From: an uncultured Gammaproteobacteria bacterium
GTDB taxonomy: Bacteria > Pseudomonadota > Gammaproteobacteria > UBA9214
Length of the DNA: 64,000 bases
Assembly (NCBI GenBank): GCA_963827755.1
Contig: CAWHCQ010000031.1
Location: forward strand, 1-64,000
Reading direction: 5' to 3'
Positions 10,286 to 19,464 of the stretch are shown piece by piece. The translations under genes were made by a program, and so were the position numbers. A model generated the notes under the pieces. It saw only the letters and a program-made list of their open reading frames with translations, searched no databases and was not told the origin of the DNA. Within the stretch, counting starts at the first letter, position 1; each line of letters starts with the position of its first letter.

Positions 10286-11509
10286 ATGGCAGAAAAAGCA
10301 ATCAAGCAACCGGATGTCTTTCTCTGGACCGGTACTGACAAGCGCGGTGTAAGGGTAAAGGGTCAGTCACGCGGATCGAGCCCGTCGCTGATCAAGGCCG
10401 ACCTGCGCAAGCAGGGCATCAAGCCTCTCAAGGTAAAAAAGAAAAGCACGCTGTTTGAAAGCGCCGGCAAGACAAAGATCCTCCCCAAGGATATTGCTGT
10501 ATTCTTCCGCCAACTGGCCACCATGATGGCCGCCGGTGTCCCGCTGGTACAGGCATTTGAAATTATAGGCCGCGGCCATGACAACAAGGGGATGCGCGAT
10601 CTGATCCTCAACATCAAGTACGAGGTCGAGTCGGGAACAGGTCTTTCGGATTCGCTGGAAAAACACCCGCTGCACTTCGACGCGCTCGTTACCAACCTGG
10701 TAAATGCCGGTGAACAGGCAGGTGTGCTGGAAAGCCTGCTCGACAAGATCGCCACCTACAAGGAAAAGACCGAAATACTGAAGGCCAAGATAAAAAAGGC
10801 CATGTTTTACCCGATTGCGGTCATGATTGTTGCAGTTATCGTTACATCGATCCTGCTGATATTCGTGGTACCGCAGTTTGAACAGCTGTTCAGCAGCTTC
10901 GGCGCTGACCTGCCTGCCTTTACACGCGTCGTCGTTAACATGTCCGAGTTTCTGCAGGCATACTGGTGGCTCGTATTCGGTATTGCCACAATCGCCATAG
11001 TCGGCATGATGCAGGCGAAAAGACGATCTCGTGCATTCAACCGGGGACTTGACCGGATGATCCTGAAACTGCCGATTGTCGGCCCGATTATGGTCAAGGC
11101 AGCCATAGCCCGTTTTGCGCGGACCCTGGCTACCATGTTCGCTGCCGGCGTTCCCCTGGTGGAGGCGCTGCAATCGGTTGCCGGTGCGACCGGCAACGTC
11201 GTTTATTCCGACGCGGTACTGCAGATCCGCGACAGTGTTGCAACCGGCCAACAGCTGCAATTCGCCATGAACCAGACCGGACTGTTCCCGAACATGGTCG
11301 AACAGATGGTCGCCATTGGTGAAGAATCCGGTGCACTGGATACCATGCTGAACAAGGCCGCTGATTTCTATGAGCAAGAGGTGGATGATGCCGTGGACGC
11401 CCTCAGCAGCCTGCTGGAACCCATCATCATGTCAATCCTCGGCGTACTCATCGGTGGCCTGGTTGTGGCCATGTACTTACCAATCTTCAAGATGGGCGCT
11501 GCAATCTGA
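10286..11509 (+). CDS. pilC: Type IV pilus platform protein PilC
   Basis: RQLATMMAAGVPL, AIGEESGALD and C-terminal MYLPIFKMG. Confidence 0.96.
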   Translation: MAEKAIKQPDVFLWTGTDKRGVRVKGQSRGSSPSLIKADLRKQGIKPLKVKKKSTLFESAGKTKILPKDIAVFFRQLATMMAAGVPLVQAFEIIGRGHDNKGMRDLILNIKYEVESGTGLSDSLEKHPLHFDALVTNLVNAGEQAGVLESLLDKIATYKEKTEILKAKIKKAMFYPIAVMIVAVIVTSILLIFVVPQFEQLFSSFGADLPAFTRVVVNMSEFLQAYWWLVFGIATIAIVGMMQAKRRSRAFNRGLDRMILKLPIVGPIMVKAAIARFARTLATMFAAGVPLVEALQSVAGATGNVVYSDAVLQIRDSVATGQQLQFAMNQTGLFPNMVEQMVAIGEESGALDTMLNKAADFYEQEVDDAVDALSSLLEPIIMSILGVLIGGLVVAMYLPIFKMGAAI

Positions 11510-11556
11510 TATAGCCCGAACGCCCGCTCCACCTCTACAAGGCATACCTATAGTTC

Positions 11557-12420
11557 ATGGACGTATTGCAGCTGCTTGAATCCTCAAGGCTCTTCATGAT
11601 TATCGCAAGCGGCGCACTTGGGCTGGTCGTGGGCAGTTTCCTGAACGTCGTCATCCACCGCGTCCCGGTAATGCTGCACAGGAACTGGACGCGTGATTGC
11701 AGGGAACACCTGCAACCGGGCATGGAGGATACCGGGCCGACTGAAACCTACAACCTGCTGACACCCGCTTCACGCTGTCCGAAATGCGATCACCGCATCA
11801 CTGCACTCGAAAATATCCCGGTGATCAGTTACCTGTTTCTGAAAGGACGCTGTTCAGGCTGCGGCACTGCAATTTCGATGCGTTACCCTGCAGTCGAAAT
11901 TACAACGGCCATCCTCACTGTTATCACGGCACTCCACTTCGGCTACAGCATACAAACACTGGCGGCACTTGCCTTCACCTGGACGATGATCCCGCTGTTC
12001 CTCATCGACTTCGACACCCAGTTACTACCGGACTCGATCACCCTGCCACTGCTCTGGGCAGGCCTGCTTGCCAGCCTTTTCAATGTATTTGTAGATAGCC
12101 AGACCAGTATTATCGGGGCAGCAGCCGGTTACCTTTCCCTGTGGACGATTTACCAGCTCTTCAAGCTGGTCACCGGCAAGGAGGGCATGGGTTTTGGTGA
12201 CTTCAAACTGCTTGGTGCAATTGGCGCATGGCTTGGATGGCAGGTACTGCCGGTGGTCATCCTGTTCTCGTCTGTCGTCGGTGCTGTTATAGGCATCACG
12301 CTGATCATCTTCAAGGGCCGTGAGCATGGCCAGCCGATGCCATTTGGACCTTTCCTTGCGGCAGCCGGATGGATAACATTGCTATGGGGCAACGACTTTA
12401 TAAACTTCTACCTGGGCTAA
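11557..12420 (+). CDS. pilD: Prepilin peptidase/N-methyltransferase PilD
   Basis: GSFLNVVIHR, two CxxC pairs, GMGFGDFKL and PFGPFLA. Confidence 0.96.
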   Translation: MDVLQLLESSRLFMIIASGALGLVVGSFLNVVIHRVPVMLHRNWTRDCREHLQPGMEDTGPTETYNLLTPASRCPKCDHRITALENIPVISYLFLKGRCSGCGTAISMRYPAVEITTAILTVITALHFGYSIQTLAALAFTWTMIPLFLIDFDTQLLPDSITLPLLWAGLLASLFNVFVDSQTSIIGAAAGYLSLWTIYQLFKLVTGKEGMGFGDFKLLGAIGAWLGWQVLPVVILFSSVVGAVIGITLIIFKGREHGQPMPFGPFLAAAGWITLLWGNDFINFYLG

Positions 12421-12478
12421 CCCGCCGGATACGCAAGGCGGATAGCAGTGCAACGGGCGCGTTGGCCTTGCACGCTTC

Positions 12479-13105
12479 GTGTTGACCACTGCAAAACAGA
12501 CAAGACCGCTGGTGATCGGTTTGACCGGCGGGATTGGCAGTGGAAAAACCACCGTCGCCGATGGTTTTGCAGCGCTGGGGGTCCCGGTAATTGATGCCGA
12601 CCTGATTGCCCGGGAACTGGTAGAACCCGGCCAGACGGCACTTGCTGAAATCAGTACCCTCTTCGGGGCAGAGTACCTGACCGCAGAAGGCCGCCTCGAC
12701 CGGGGCCGCATACGCCAGCGTATATTTGCTGATGACGCACTCCGGCACCAGCTGGAGGCCATTCTCCACCCTAAAATAAGCAAGCATATCAATACCTTAA
12801 TATCCGAAATCCGGGCCGCCTACTGCATCGTGGTGATCCCGCTATTACTGGAAACCGGCCAGAATGACCTGGTTGACCGTATCCTCGTTGTTGATGCCCC
12901 GGAGGAAGAACAGGTTAAACGGGTTGCCGCAAGAGACAAGCTGTCACACAATGCAGTAATCAACATCATGAGCACGCAAGTGGACCGGGAAACCCGGCTG
13001 GCAGCCGCTGATGATATAATTGTCAACAGCAGCGACCTGGAAACACTGCTGAGTCATATACGAACACTGCATCGCCGTTATCTGGAAATATCAAATGACA
13101 ACTAG
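12479..13105 (+). CDS. coaE: Dephospho-CoA kinase
   Basis: IGLTGGIGSGKT and VIDAD; conserved pilD-coaE-zapD-yacG order. Confidence 0.95.
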   Translation: MLTTAKQTRPLVIGLTGGIGSGKTTVADGFAALGVPVIDADLIARELVEPGQTALAEISTLFGAEYLTAEGRLDRGRIRQRIFADDALRHQLEAILHPKISKHINTLISEIRAAYCIVVIPLLLETGQNDLVDRILVVDAPEEEQVKRVAARDKLSHNAVINIMSTQVDRETRLAAADDIIVNSSDLETLLSHIRTLHRRYLEISNDN

Positions 13106-13961
13106 TACAGGCTCATCCATCGAGAACAACAAGACTGTAACAAAGCCTGTCGTTGCAGCAAGAAAAGAAACGCCGAGAAGTGCCGCGGCAGTTGCCGCGA
13201 AAGTGCTCTACGAACAACCGCTGAATGAGCGAATCAGGACATTTTTGCGGCTGGAATACCTGTTCAAGCAAGCTGCATACCACCTGAAGCGAAACTCGGA
13301 GTGGGACAGCCGTGCTACCCTGCAATGCATCCTGGAAATACTCGCAATTTTCGATAACACCAACCTCAAGTCCGAGGTATTCAAGGAACTGGAACGTCAT
13401 TCCATCAACCTGAGACGGCACGAACTCAATCCGGACATCGACCATTCACAACTGACGGCACTGCTCGATGACATTGAACAAAAAATGGATGCCATGCACG
13501 GCATCAACGGCCAGGTCGCGAGTGACCTGAAGAAAAGCGAGTTTCTCATCAGCATCCGCCAACGCAGCGCCATACCGGGCGGCACCTGTGATTTTGATCT
13601 GCCTGCATACCACTACTGGCTGCAGCAATCCGCGGCAGACCGGAGCCGGGACCTGACACTCTTTCTAAACCACTTTGATCAAATCGGACAGGCCATTCAA
13701 CTGATAATGAAGCTGATCCGCAACAGCACAGCCATGAAGCCGATGCTCGCCACTGCCGGCCTGTATCAACGCACCCTTGACCCGAACCAGCCGTTCCAGC
13801 TGGTCAGGATTGCATTGCCGAGGGAACTGCCCTGCTTTGCCGAGCTGAGCGGCGGCAGGCACCGTTTTACAGCACGTTTTATGCTGTTTTCCAGCCTCAA
13901 GGGCCGGGCAATGCAAACCGATCAGGATGTCGAATTTGATCTGGCCTGCTGTGTTATCTAG
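13095..13961 (+). CDS. zapD: Cell division protein ZapD
   Basis: [16 protein letters not shown] and [16 protein letters not shown]. Confidence 0.93.
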   Translation: MTTSTGSSIENNKTVTKPVVAARKETPRSAAAVAAKVLYEQPLNERIRTFLRLEYLFKQAAYHLKRNSEWDSRATLQCILEILAIFDNTNLKSEVFKELERHSINLRRHELNPDIDHSQLTALLDDIEQKMDAMHGINGQVASDLKKSEFLISIRQRSAIPGGTCDFDLPAYHYWLQQSAADRSRDLTLFLNHFDQIGQAIQLIMKLIRNSTAMKPMLATAGLYQRTLDPNQPFQLVRIALPRELPCFAELSGGRHRFTARFMLFSSLKGRAMQTDQDVEFDLACCVI

Positions 13962-13975
13962 GCAGCAAGAAGCCT

Positions 13976-14177
13976 GTGAAAAAACCCGCCTCTCCGGTCA
14001 CAACCGTACACTGTCCAACTTGCAGAAAAGCAGTGGCCTGGACAGAAGAACAGCGCTGGCGTCCCTTCTGCAGCGAACGCTGCAAGCTGATCGACCTCGG
14101 CACGCTGGTTTGATGAAAGCAATCGCCTGCCGGGTGAGGCTGCCTCAAACATCAACCCTGACCCCGAAGACCAGTAG
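13976..14177 (+). CDS. yacG: DNA gyrase inhibitor YacG (one frameshift near 14103)
   Basis: Manual translation: [12 protein letters not shown]...[14 protein letters not shown], one extra base, then [11 protein letters not shown] to TAG at 14175-14177. Confidence 0.88.
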
Positions 14178-14230
14178 GAACCAGCACCAGCTGGCGAGGT
14201 GTTAGCGGGGTGTGTTTCCTTGCTTCGCCG

Positions 14231-14835
14231 GTTTCTTTGTTGGTGCGCCTTGCAGGCGCGGTTTTATTTGTATGCGGGCTCTCGCGCCCGCGCGGCGAGA
14301 TACTTTTCTTGCTTCCGCCAAGAGAAACGTATCCAAAGAGAAAGGCGACCCGGAGCAGCTCACCGCGCTAGCGCGCGGTTCCCTGCGTTCCTCGCCAATC
14401 CGGCGCCGCGCACAACTCGCAATCTCGCTGCGCTCGAAAGCTCAGACAGGGTGCGCGGCTATTCTCCGGATTGGCTGCGGTACTCGGTGAGTGCTACGGG
14501 AGGGGTAGATCAACCCCCCATACTCACTGAGTATGGGGGTTTGATCTACCCCTCCCGTAGGCGCAGCCGAGCATCGCAGTGAAAACCGGATGAAGCTGCG
14601 CCCTGTTTGAGCTTTCGAGCGCAGCGAGATTGCGAGTTGCGCATGCGCCGGTTTTCGCGAGAAGCGCAGGGAACCCGAATACTCATTGAAAATGAGTATT
14701 CGGGCTGCAGCCTCCGGGTCGCCTTTCTTTTGGGTACTTTTCTTTGGCGAAGCAAAGAGAAAGTATCTCGCCGGCGGGCGCGAAAGCCCGCATCACAATA
14801 AAACCGCGCCTGCAAGGCGCTCCAACATAAGAAAC
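14231..14835. repeat. 605-bp imperfect inverted repeat made of two diverged ~300-nt structured elements back to back
   Basis: The reverse complement of 14231-14526 aligns end to end with 14528-14835. The central hairpin 14494-14560 pairs at 32 of 33 positions. Confidence 0.92.
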
Positions 14836-14850
14836 AAAGAAAAGAAAAAA

Positions 14851-14883
14851 GAAAAAGCCCCTCGCCCGTCAGGGCGAAAAAAA
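14851..14883 (-). terminator. Possible intrinsic terminator overlapping the mutT/thiE stop
   Basis: Minus strand TCGCCC-TGAC-GGGCGA hairpin followed by a long T-rich tract. Confidence 0.45.
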
Positions 14884-15846
14884 GTCCCAGAGCCCGCTGA
14901 TAGCCGCAATCCCCTGCGCACCGTGCCGGAATGCCTTGTCGAGATCGGCCTCAACCATACCGCCCAGCGCATACACAGGCACTGTTGCCAGCTCCGTGAG
15001 CACACGCAGGCCATCGAAGCCCAGCACGATTGCACCGGCATGAGTTCGCGTCTCCCGGACCGGCGATACTGCAATAAAATCAAGGCCAAGCACACCGGCA
15101 TGCCGCACCTCTGCCGGCGTATGACAGGATGCGCCGATGAGCTGTATACCCGCCGGCCGTTCGGCCATCGCCATTAGTCGCGCACTGCTCAGGTGTACGC
15201 CATCGGCACCCAGCTCCCGGGCCAGCAACGGATCGGCATTCAGTAACAAACGTGCGCTGGCTGCGCGGCAGACAGCCTGCACTTCAGGCACAAGGACCCT
15301 GTAATCGGCCGGTGACATGGCCTTCGCACGCAGTTGAACCAGCGATATTCCCCTGGCAAGCGCCTGCTCCAGGCTTGCCAGAAATTGCGGATCACGCGGT
15401 TCGGGTTCCGGGGTAATGAGGTAGCGCTCCGGCAGGTTCAGCGCCTTGATAATCGGTCCGTCCGCAGCCGGAAACCTGCGCTCACCGAGTTCCTGCGGCG
15501 CAACCCAGTCAATCGGCTGACCTTCAAGACCGGCCGGTTCGCCGCTGTAGCGGGTGACCCGCCATACATCCAGCAGCACCGACTTGTCCGGGTAGGCATG
15601 AAACACGCGGATCAGGGGCCGGGCCGCATGCAGGTTTATGCCGAGTTCCTCACGCAGTTCGCGTTCCAGCCCCGCCTGCGGAGTCTCGCCCGCTTCCAGC
15701 TTGCCGCCCGGAAACTCCCACAAGCCACCCTGGTGGACGTGATCCGGACGTTGACTCAACAGGACCCTGCCCCGCGCATCGACCACAACTGCGGCCGCCA
15801 CATGCAGGTAGCGGGGTTTTTCCGGCGTCAGGGACGAATCCACCAT
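14869..15846 (-). CDS. mutT: Nudix hydrolase MutT fused to a thiamine-phosphate-synthase-like domain
   Basis: Nudix box GGKLEAGETPQAGLERELREELG; C-terminal TIM-barrel motifs VQLRAK, GVHL, GASCH and PVYALGG. Confidence 0.9.
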   Translation of the reverse strand: MVDSSLTPEKPRYLHVAAAVVVDARGRVLLSQRPDHVHQGGLWEFPGGKLEAGETPQAGLERELREELGINLHAARPLIRVFHAYPDKSVLLDVWRVTRYSGEPAGLEGQPIDWVAPQELGERRFPAADGPIIKALNLPERYLITPEPEPRDPQFLASLEQALARGISLVQLRAKAMSPADYRVLVPEVQAVCRAASARLLLNADPLLARELGADGVHLSSARLMAMAERPAGIQLIGASCHTPAEVRHAGVLGLDFIAVSPVRETRTHAGAIVLGFDGLRVLTELATVPVYALGGMVEADLDKAFRHGAQGIAAISGLWDFFSP

Positions 15847-15883
15847 TGTGTTGTTTGACCTGGAATCCGTGGTAAATCGCCCA

Positions 15884-18103
15884 TTATTTCGAGGTATGCT
15901 CAAATACACCGGCCCAGCCCGGCGAAATTCCCTGTTCACGCAAATGCTTTATCCTTTCCAGGTAGAGACCGTAGAATTTGCTCTCCGGGAAGGCCTGATG
16001 CAGCCGGCTAAAGGCCTGTTCCGCCGCATCCCACGCCCCCTCAAAGTAATACTCCAGCGCCCGGTTACTGTCTTCAACCTCGGCCAGCTGCTCAGGGGTA
16101 ACGCGATCGGCCGTCCCCAGCGGTTCATAGATCGTCACCGGTTCGTTCTTGCCCTTCACCTTGACCCGATCGAGGCAGCGCAGCACGATGCCATCCAGCC
16201 CTGCCCTGGTTGACTCGCTTACAATCAAACGGACACCGTAATACTTGGTCAGACCTTCCAGCCGGGAACCCAGGTTGACGGCATCGCCGATCACGGTATA
16301 GGCACGCCGGTATTCAGAACCCATGTCGCCGACATTCATCATGCCGCTGTTGATACCCACACCGATCTCGATTTTTGGCCAACCGCGCGCTTCCAGCTCC
16401 GGCTGCATTTCGACCAGCTTGTCGAGCATTGCCAGCGCCCCCAGCACGGCATGTTGATGGTGCTGCGGGTCATGTACCGGTGCACCCCAGAAGGCCATGA
16501 TCATGTCGCCAACGTACTTGTCGATAGTGCCACGCCGTTCGAAAATGATGCGCGTCATCGGGGTAAAGAAGTAGTTCAATAACTGTTTCAGCTCATCGGC
16601 TGCCAGGCTTTCCGAGATCGTGGTGAAACTGCGAATATCGCAGAACAGTACAGACAACTCACGGCTTTCCCCTTCCAGGCCAAAATCACCGTCGGGATCC
16701 TTGTTCATCTCATCGACAATTTCCGGGGGCACATACTGGCCAAATACCGCTTTCAACTGTTTGCGTCCGCGTGCCTCGGTCAAAAAACCATACGCCAGGT
16801 CCGCGGTGCCAATGAGTATAACGAGCAGCAGCGGCGCGACAATGGCCAGCACCAGGCCGTATTCGGCCCATGCCCACAGGTTCAGCGCGGTGACCAGCCC
16901 AAGCATCAGCAGGCTGATCACGATAAGGGCGACCGGCTTTATAAACGGAACAACAAATATAGAGAGCACACCCAGTGTGATCAACAAGGCCACGTTGGCG
17001 CCCAGTGCCCAGGGGGGTTCATTCGGGAAATGACCGTCCAGCAGTCCCGCGATGACATTGGCATGCACCTCGACCCCCGGAAAAACACTGGCTACCGGGG
17101 TGGAGCGCATGTCATACAAACCGACGGCCGTGGTACCGAACAGGACAATCCTGTCCTCGAAAAAACCCTCCGGTATGTCGCCATTGATGACATCGACCGA
17201 GGAAATATAGCGAAAACTGCCGCTATCGCCCCGGTATGGAATCAGTACATAACCATAACCGTCCGTAGGTATATCGGTTAACCCGTCCAGCGATATCGAC
17301 TCAACGACCATAGAATCGCCAAGTGGTCTTGGTATAAGCAGTATCTGCTCCGCGTCCAGAAACAGGCGCGCCGTCTCCAGCGCGAGCGATCCGAACAATT
17401 GACCGTTACGACGTGCCAGCAGCGGTGCACTGCGAATAATTCCGTCATCGTCCGGCATGATGGAGAAAAAGCCGCCAGCCCTTGCCCGCTCCTGCAGAAA
17501 ATCCAGGTTGGCTATATAGGACTCGATATCAATCAACACGACATTTTCCACCAGCCACTCATCCATCAGCAGCGGTGGTGGCAAACTTCCCTTCGGAACA
17601 GTGGCAGCATCCGCGATCACATAACCCAGCACGACATTGCGCCCCTCGATGCTGCTGGCAAAACGCTGATCCGCCCAGCCCGGCGATTTTGCAGGTGAAA
17701 CATCCGTAGACGAAAAGCCACCTGCCCCGTCAGCGGTGAAATCCTGCGGCCCGGCGAGGCGATCCAGCTCCGGTTCAGAGTACATGACATCCATCGCCAG
17801 CACTGCCGCTCCGGCCTCGAACACCCGGTCAACCAGGGTTGCGATCGTGGCACGTGACCAGGGCCAGCGACCGAGTTGCAAGAGACTCTTTTCATCGATG
17901 TCGACAATCACGATTCGCGGGTCAGGCGCCACTTCATCAGGCAGCATAGTACGTACGCGCAGATCGTAGGCCAGCCATTCAAGCCGGCGGTCGAGCTCAC
18001 TCAGGACCGGTACCTCGATTGTCTTGACCAGGACGGCAAGCAGTGTCAGCAGCACACCGATCAGGGCCGGCACAAGAAAGCGGCGCTTCAGAAATTTACG
18101 CAT
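15884..18103 (-). CDS. CHASE2-domain class III adenylate cyclase
   Basis: IVIVDIDEKSL, GRWPWSR, PGVEVHA, TM helices, then LFCDIRSFT, IDKYVGD and GDAVNLGSRLEG. The Lys in DKY fits ATP specificity. Confidence 0.92.
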   Translation of the reverse strand: MRKFLKRRFLVPALIGVLLTLLAVLVKTIEVPVLSELDRRLEWLAYDLRVRTMLPDEVAPDPRIVIVDIDEKSLLQLGRWPWSRATIATLVDRVFEAGAAVLAMDVMYSEPELDRLAGPQDFTADGAGGFSSTDVSPAKSPGWADQRFASSIEGRNVVLGYVIADAATVPKGSLPPPLLMDEWLVENVVLIDIESYIANLDFLQERARAGGFFSIMPDDDGIIRSAPLLARRNGQLFGSLALETARLFLDAEQILLIPRPLGDSMVVESISLDGLTDIPTDGYGYVLIPYRGDSGSFRYISSVDVINGDIPEGFFEDRIVLFGTTAVGLYDMRSTPVASVFPGVEVHANVIAGLLDGHFPNEPPWALGANVALLITLGVLSIFVVPFIKPVALIVISLLMLGLVTALNLWAWAEYGLVLAIVAPLLLVILIGTADLAYGFLTEARGRKQLKAVFGQYVPPEIVDEMNKDPDGDFGLEGESRELSVLFCDIRSFTTISESLAADELKQLLNYFFTPMTRIIFERRGTIDKYVGDMIMAFWGAPVHDPQHHQHAVLGALAMLDKLVEMQPELEARGWPKIEIGVGINSGMMNVGDMGSEYRRAYTVIGDAVNLGSRLEGLTKYYGVRLIVSESTRAGLDGIVLRCLDRVKVKGKNEPVTIYEPLGTADRVTPEQLAEVEDSNRALEYYFEGAWDAAEQAFSRLHQAFPESKFYGLYLERIKHLREQGISPGWAGVFEHTSK

Positions 18104-18191
18104 AGAATAGTCTCACTGTGGTCAAGAAGCAGCCAGGACATGTAGAGAACACAGCGGGATAAACTGTCATCCCGGCCGCTGCAGCCCTGCT

Positions 18192-19410
18192 TCAGCTGCG
18201 GTATTCAGCGTTTATCCTGACGTAATCATAGGACAGGTCACAGGTCCAGACCTGCTCATTGAAATTGCCACGCCCGAGCACCACCCGGATGGTGATCTCG
18301 GGCTGGTCCATCACCCGCTGACCGGCTGCTTCCGTGTAGTCAGTTGCCCGCCCGCCATCACGCACGATACAAACGTCATCCAGGTAGATTTCAACATCCT
18401 CCAGCCTCAGGTCGGCCAGGCCTGCACGCCCGACCGCCGCCAGTATCCTGCCCCAGTTAGGGTCGCCTGCAAACAGGGCTGTCTTGACCAGCGGCGAATG
18501 CGCAATCGCATAGGCCACGCGCAGACATTCATCCGCGTCCACACCGCCCTCGACAGCAACCGTGACAAACCGGGTAGCGCCTTCGCCATCACGCACAATG
18601 GCCTGCGCCAGTTCAATACAGACGTCTGTCACGGCCGCACGCAACAGCCTGAACGCCTTATCATCCCGTACTGACCTCAGGCAGTGCAGCCTTCCCGGTC
18701 GCAACCAGCACGCAGGCGTCATTCGTAGAGGTGTCACCATCCACGGTAATCCGGTTAAATGACTTGCCAACAGCCGCCGACAGACAGGACTGCAGGGAAT
18801 CCGCACCCAGGCGGGCATCCGTGGCGATAAAGGCGAGCATGGTTGCCATATCCGGGCGAATCATGCCGGAGCCCTTGGCAATTCCGGTGACGGTGACCGG
18901 CTGGCCGTCAATTTCAATTTGCCTGCTTGCGCCCTTGGGCCTGGTATCCGTTGTCAGGATACCCCTGGCCGCCATGTCCCAGCCATCCTCTGCAAGGTCC
19001 CGCATGGCCGCAGGCAGACCGGATCGGATTCGCTCAACCGGCAGTGGCTCGCCAATCACACCGGTTGAGAACGGCACCACGGCAGTAGCAGGACAACCCG
19101 CCAGTTCAGCAAGATCGCTGCAGCACTGTTGCGCATCGTGAATACCGGCAACGCCGGTACCGGCATTTGCGTTACCGGTGTTCACCAGCAGATATTCAGC
19201 AGGGGTATGTTCGAGATGCTCCCGGGCAACGAGCACGGGTGCCGCACAAAAAGCATTACGGGTAAACACGGCAGCACAGACCGAACCGGCCGCCAGCTGC
19301 ATGACGACGAGATCGCGTCGATCCGCGTACTTGATCCCGGCACACGCACTGCCAAGACGGAAACCGGGGACCGGATACAGCACGGGCAGCCTGGATTTGC
19401 TTGCGGTCAT
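18192..19410 (-). CDS. argJ: Bifunctional ornithine acetyltransferase ArgJ (one frameshift near 18666)
   Basis: [14 protein letters not shown] and VDGDTSTND in ORF 18661-19425; DGEGAT, DPNWGRI and [10 protein letters not shown] in ORF 18192-18818. Confidence 0.93.
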
Positions 19411-19464
19411 CAATTCTTGCTGCAACGGACAGGCAAATACGCTACAGCAGCGGGGCGTACAGAA

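Noticed and set aside
14231-14835. Palindrome as a fold-back read chimera
   Set aside because: An artefact would give near-identical arms; these differ by compensatory substitutions and a replaced hairpin, and unique genes flank both sides.
14199-15177. Several 60-160 aa ORFs across the palindrome
   Set aside because: Arg-rich, mutually overlapping on both strands, and frames are not conserved between the two arms; shadows of a non-coding repeat.
14869-15846. Nudix-ThiE fusion as a novelty
   Set aside because: This fusion is already known at this locus in Pseudomonas and other Proteobacteria.
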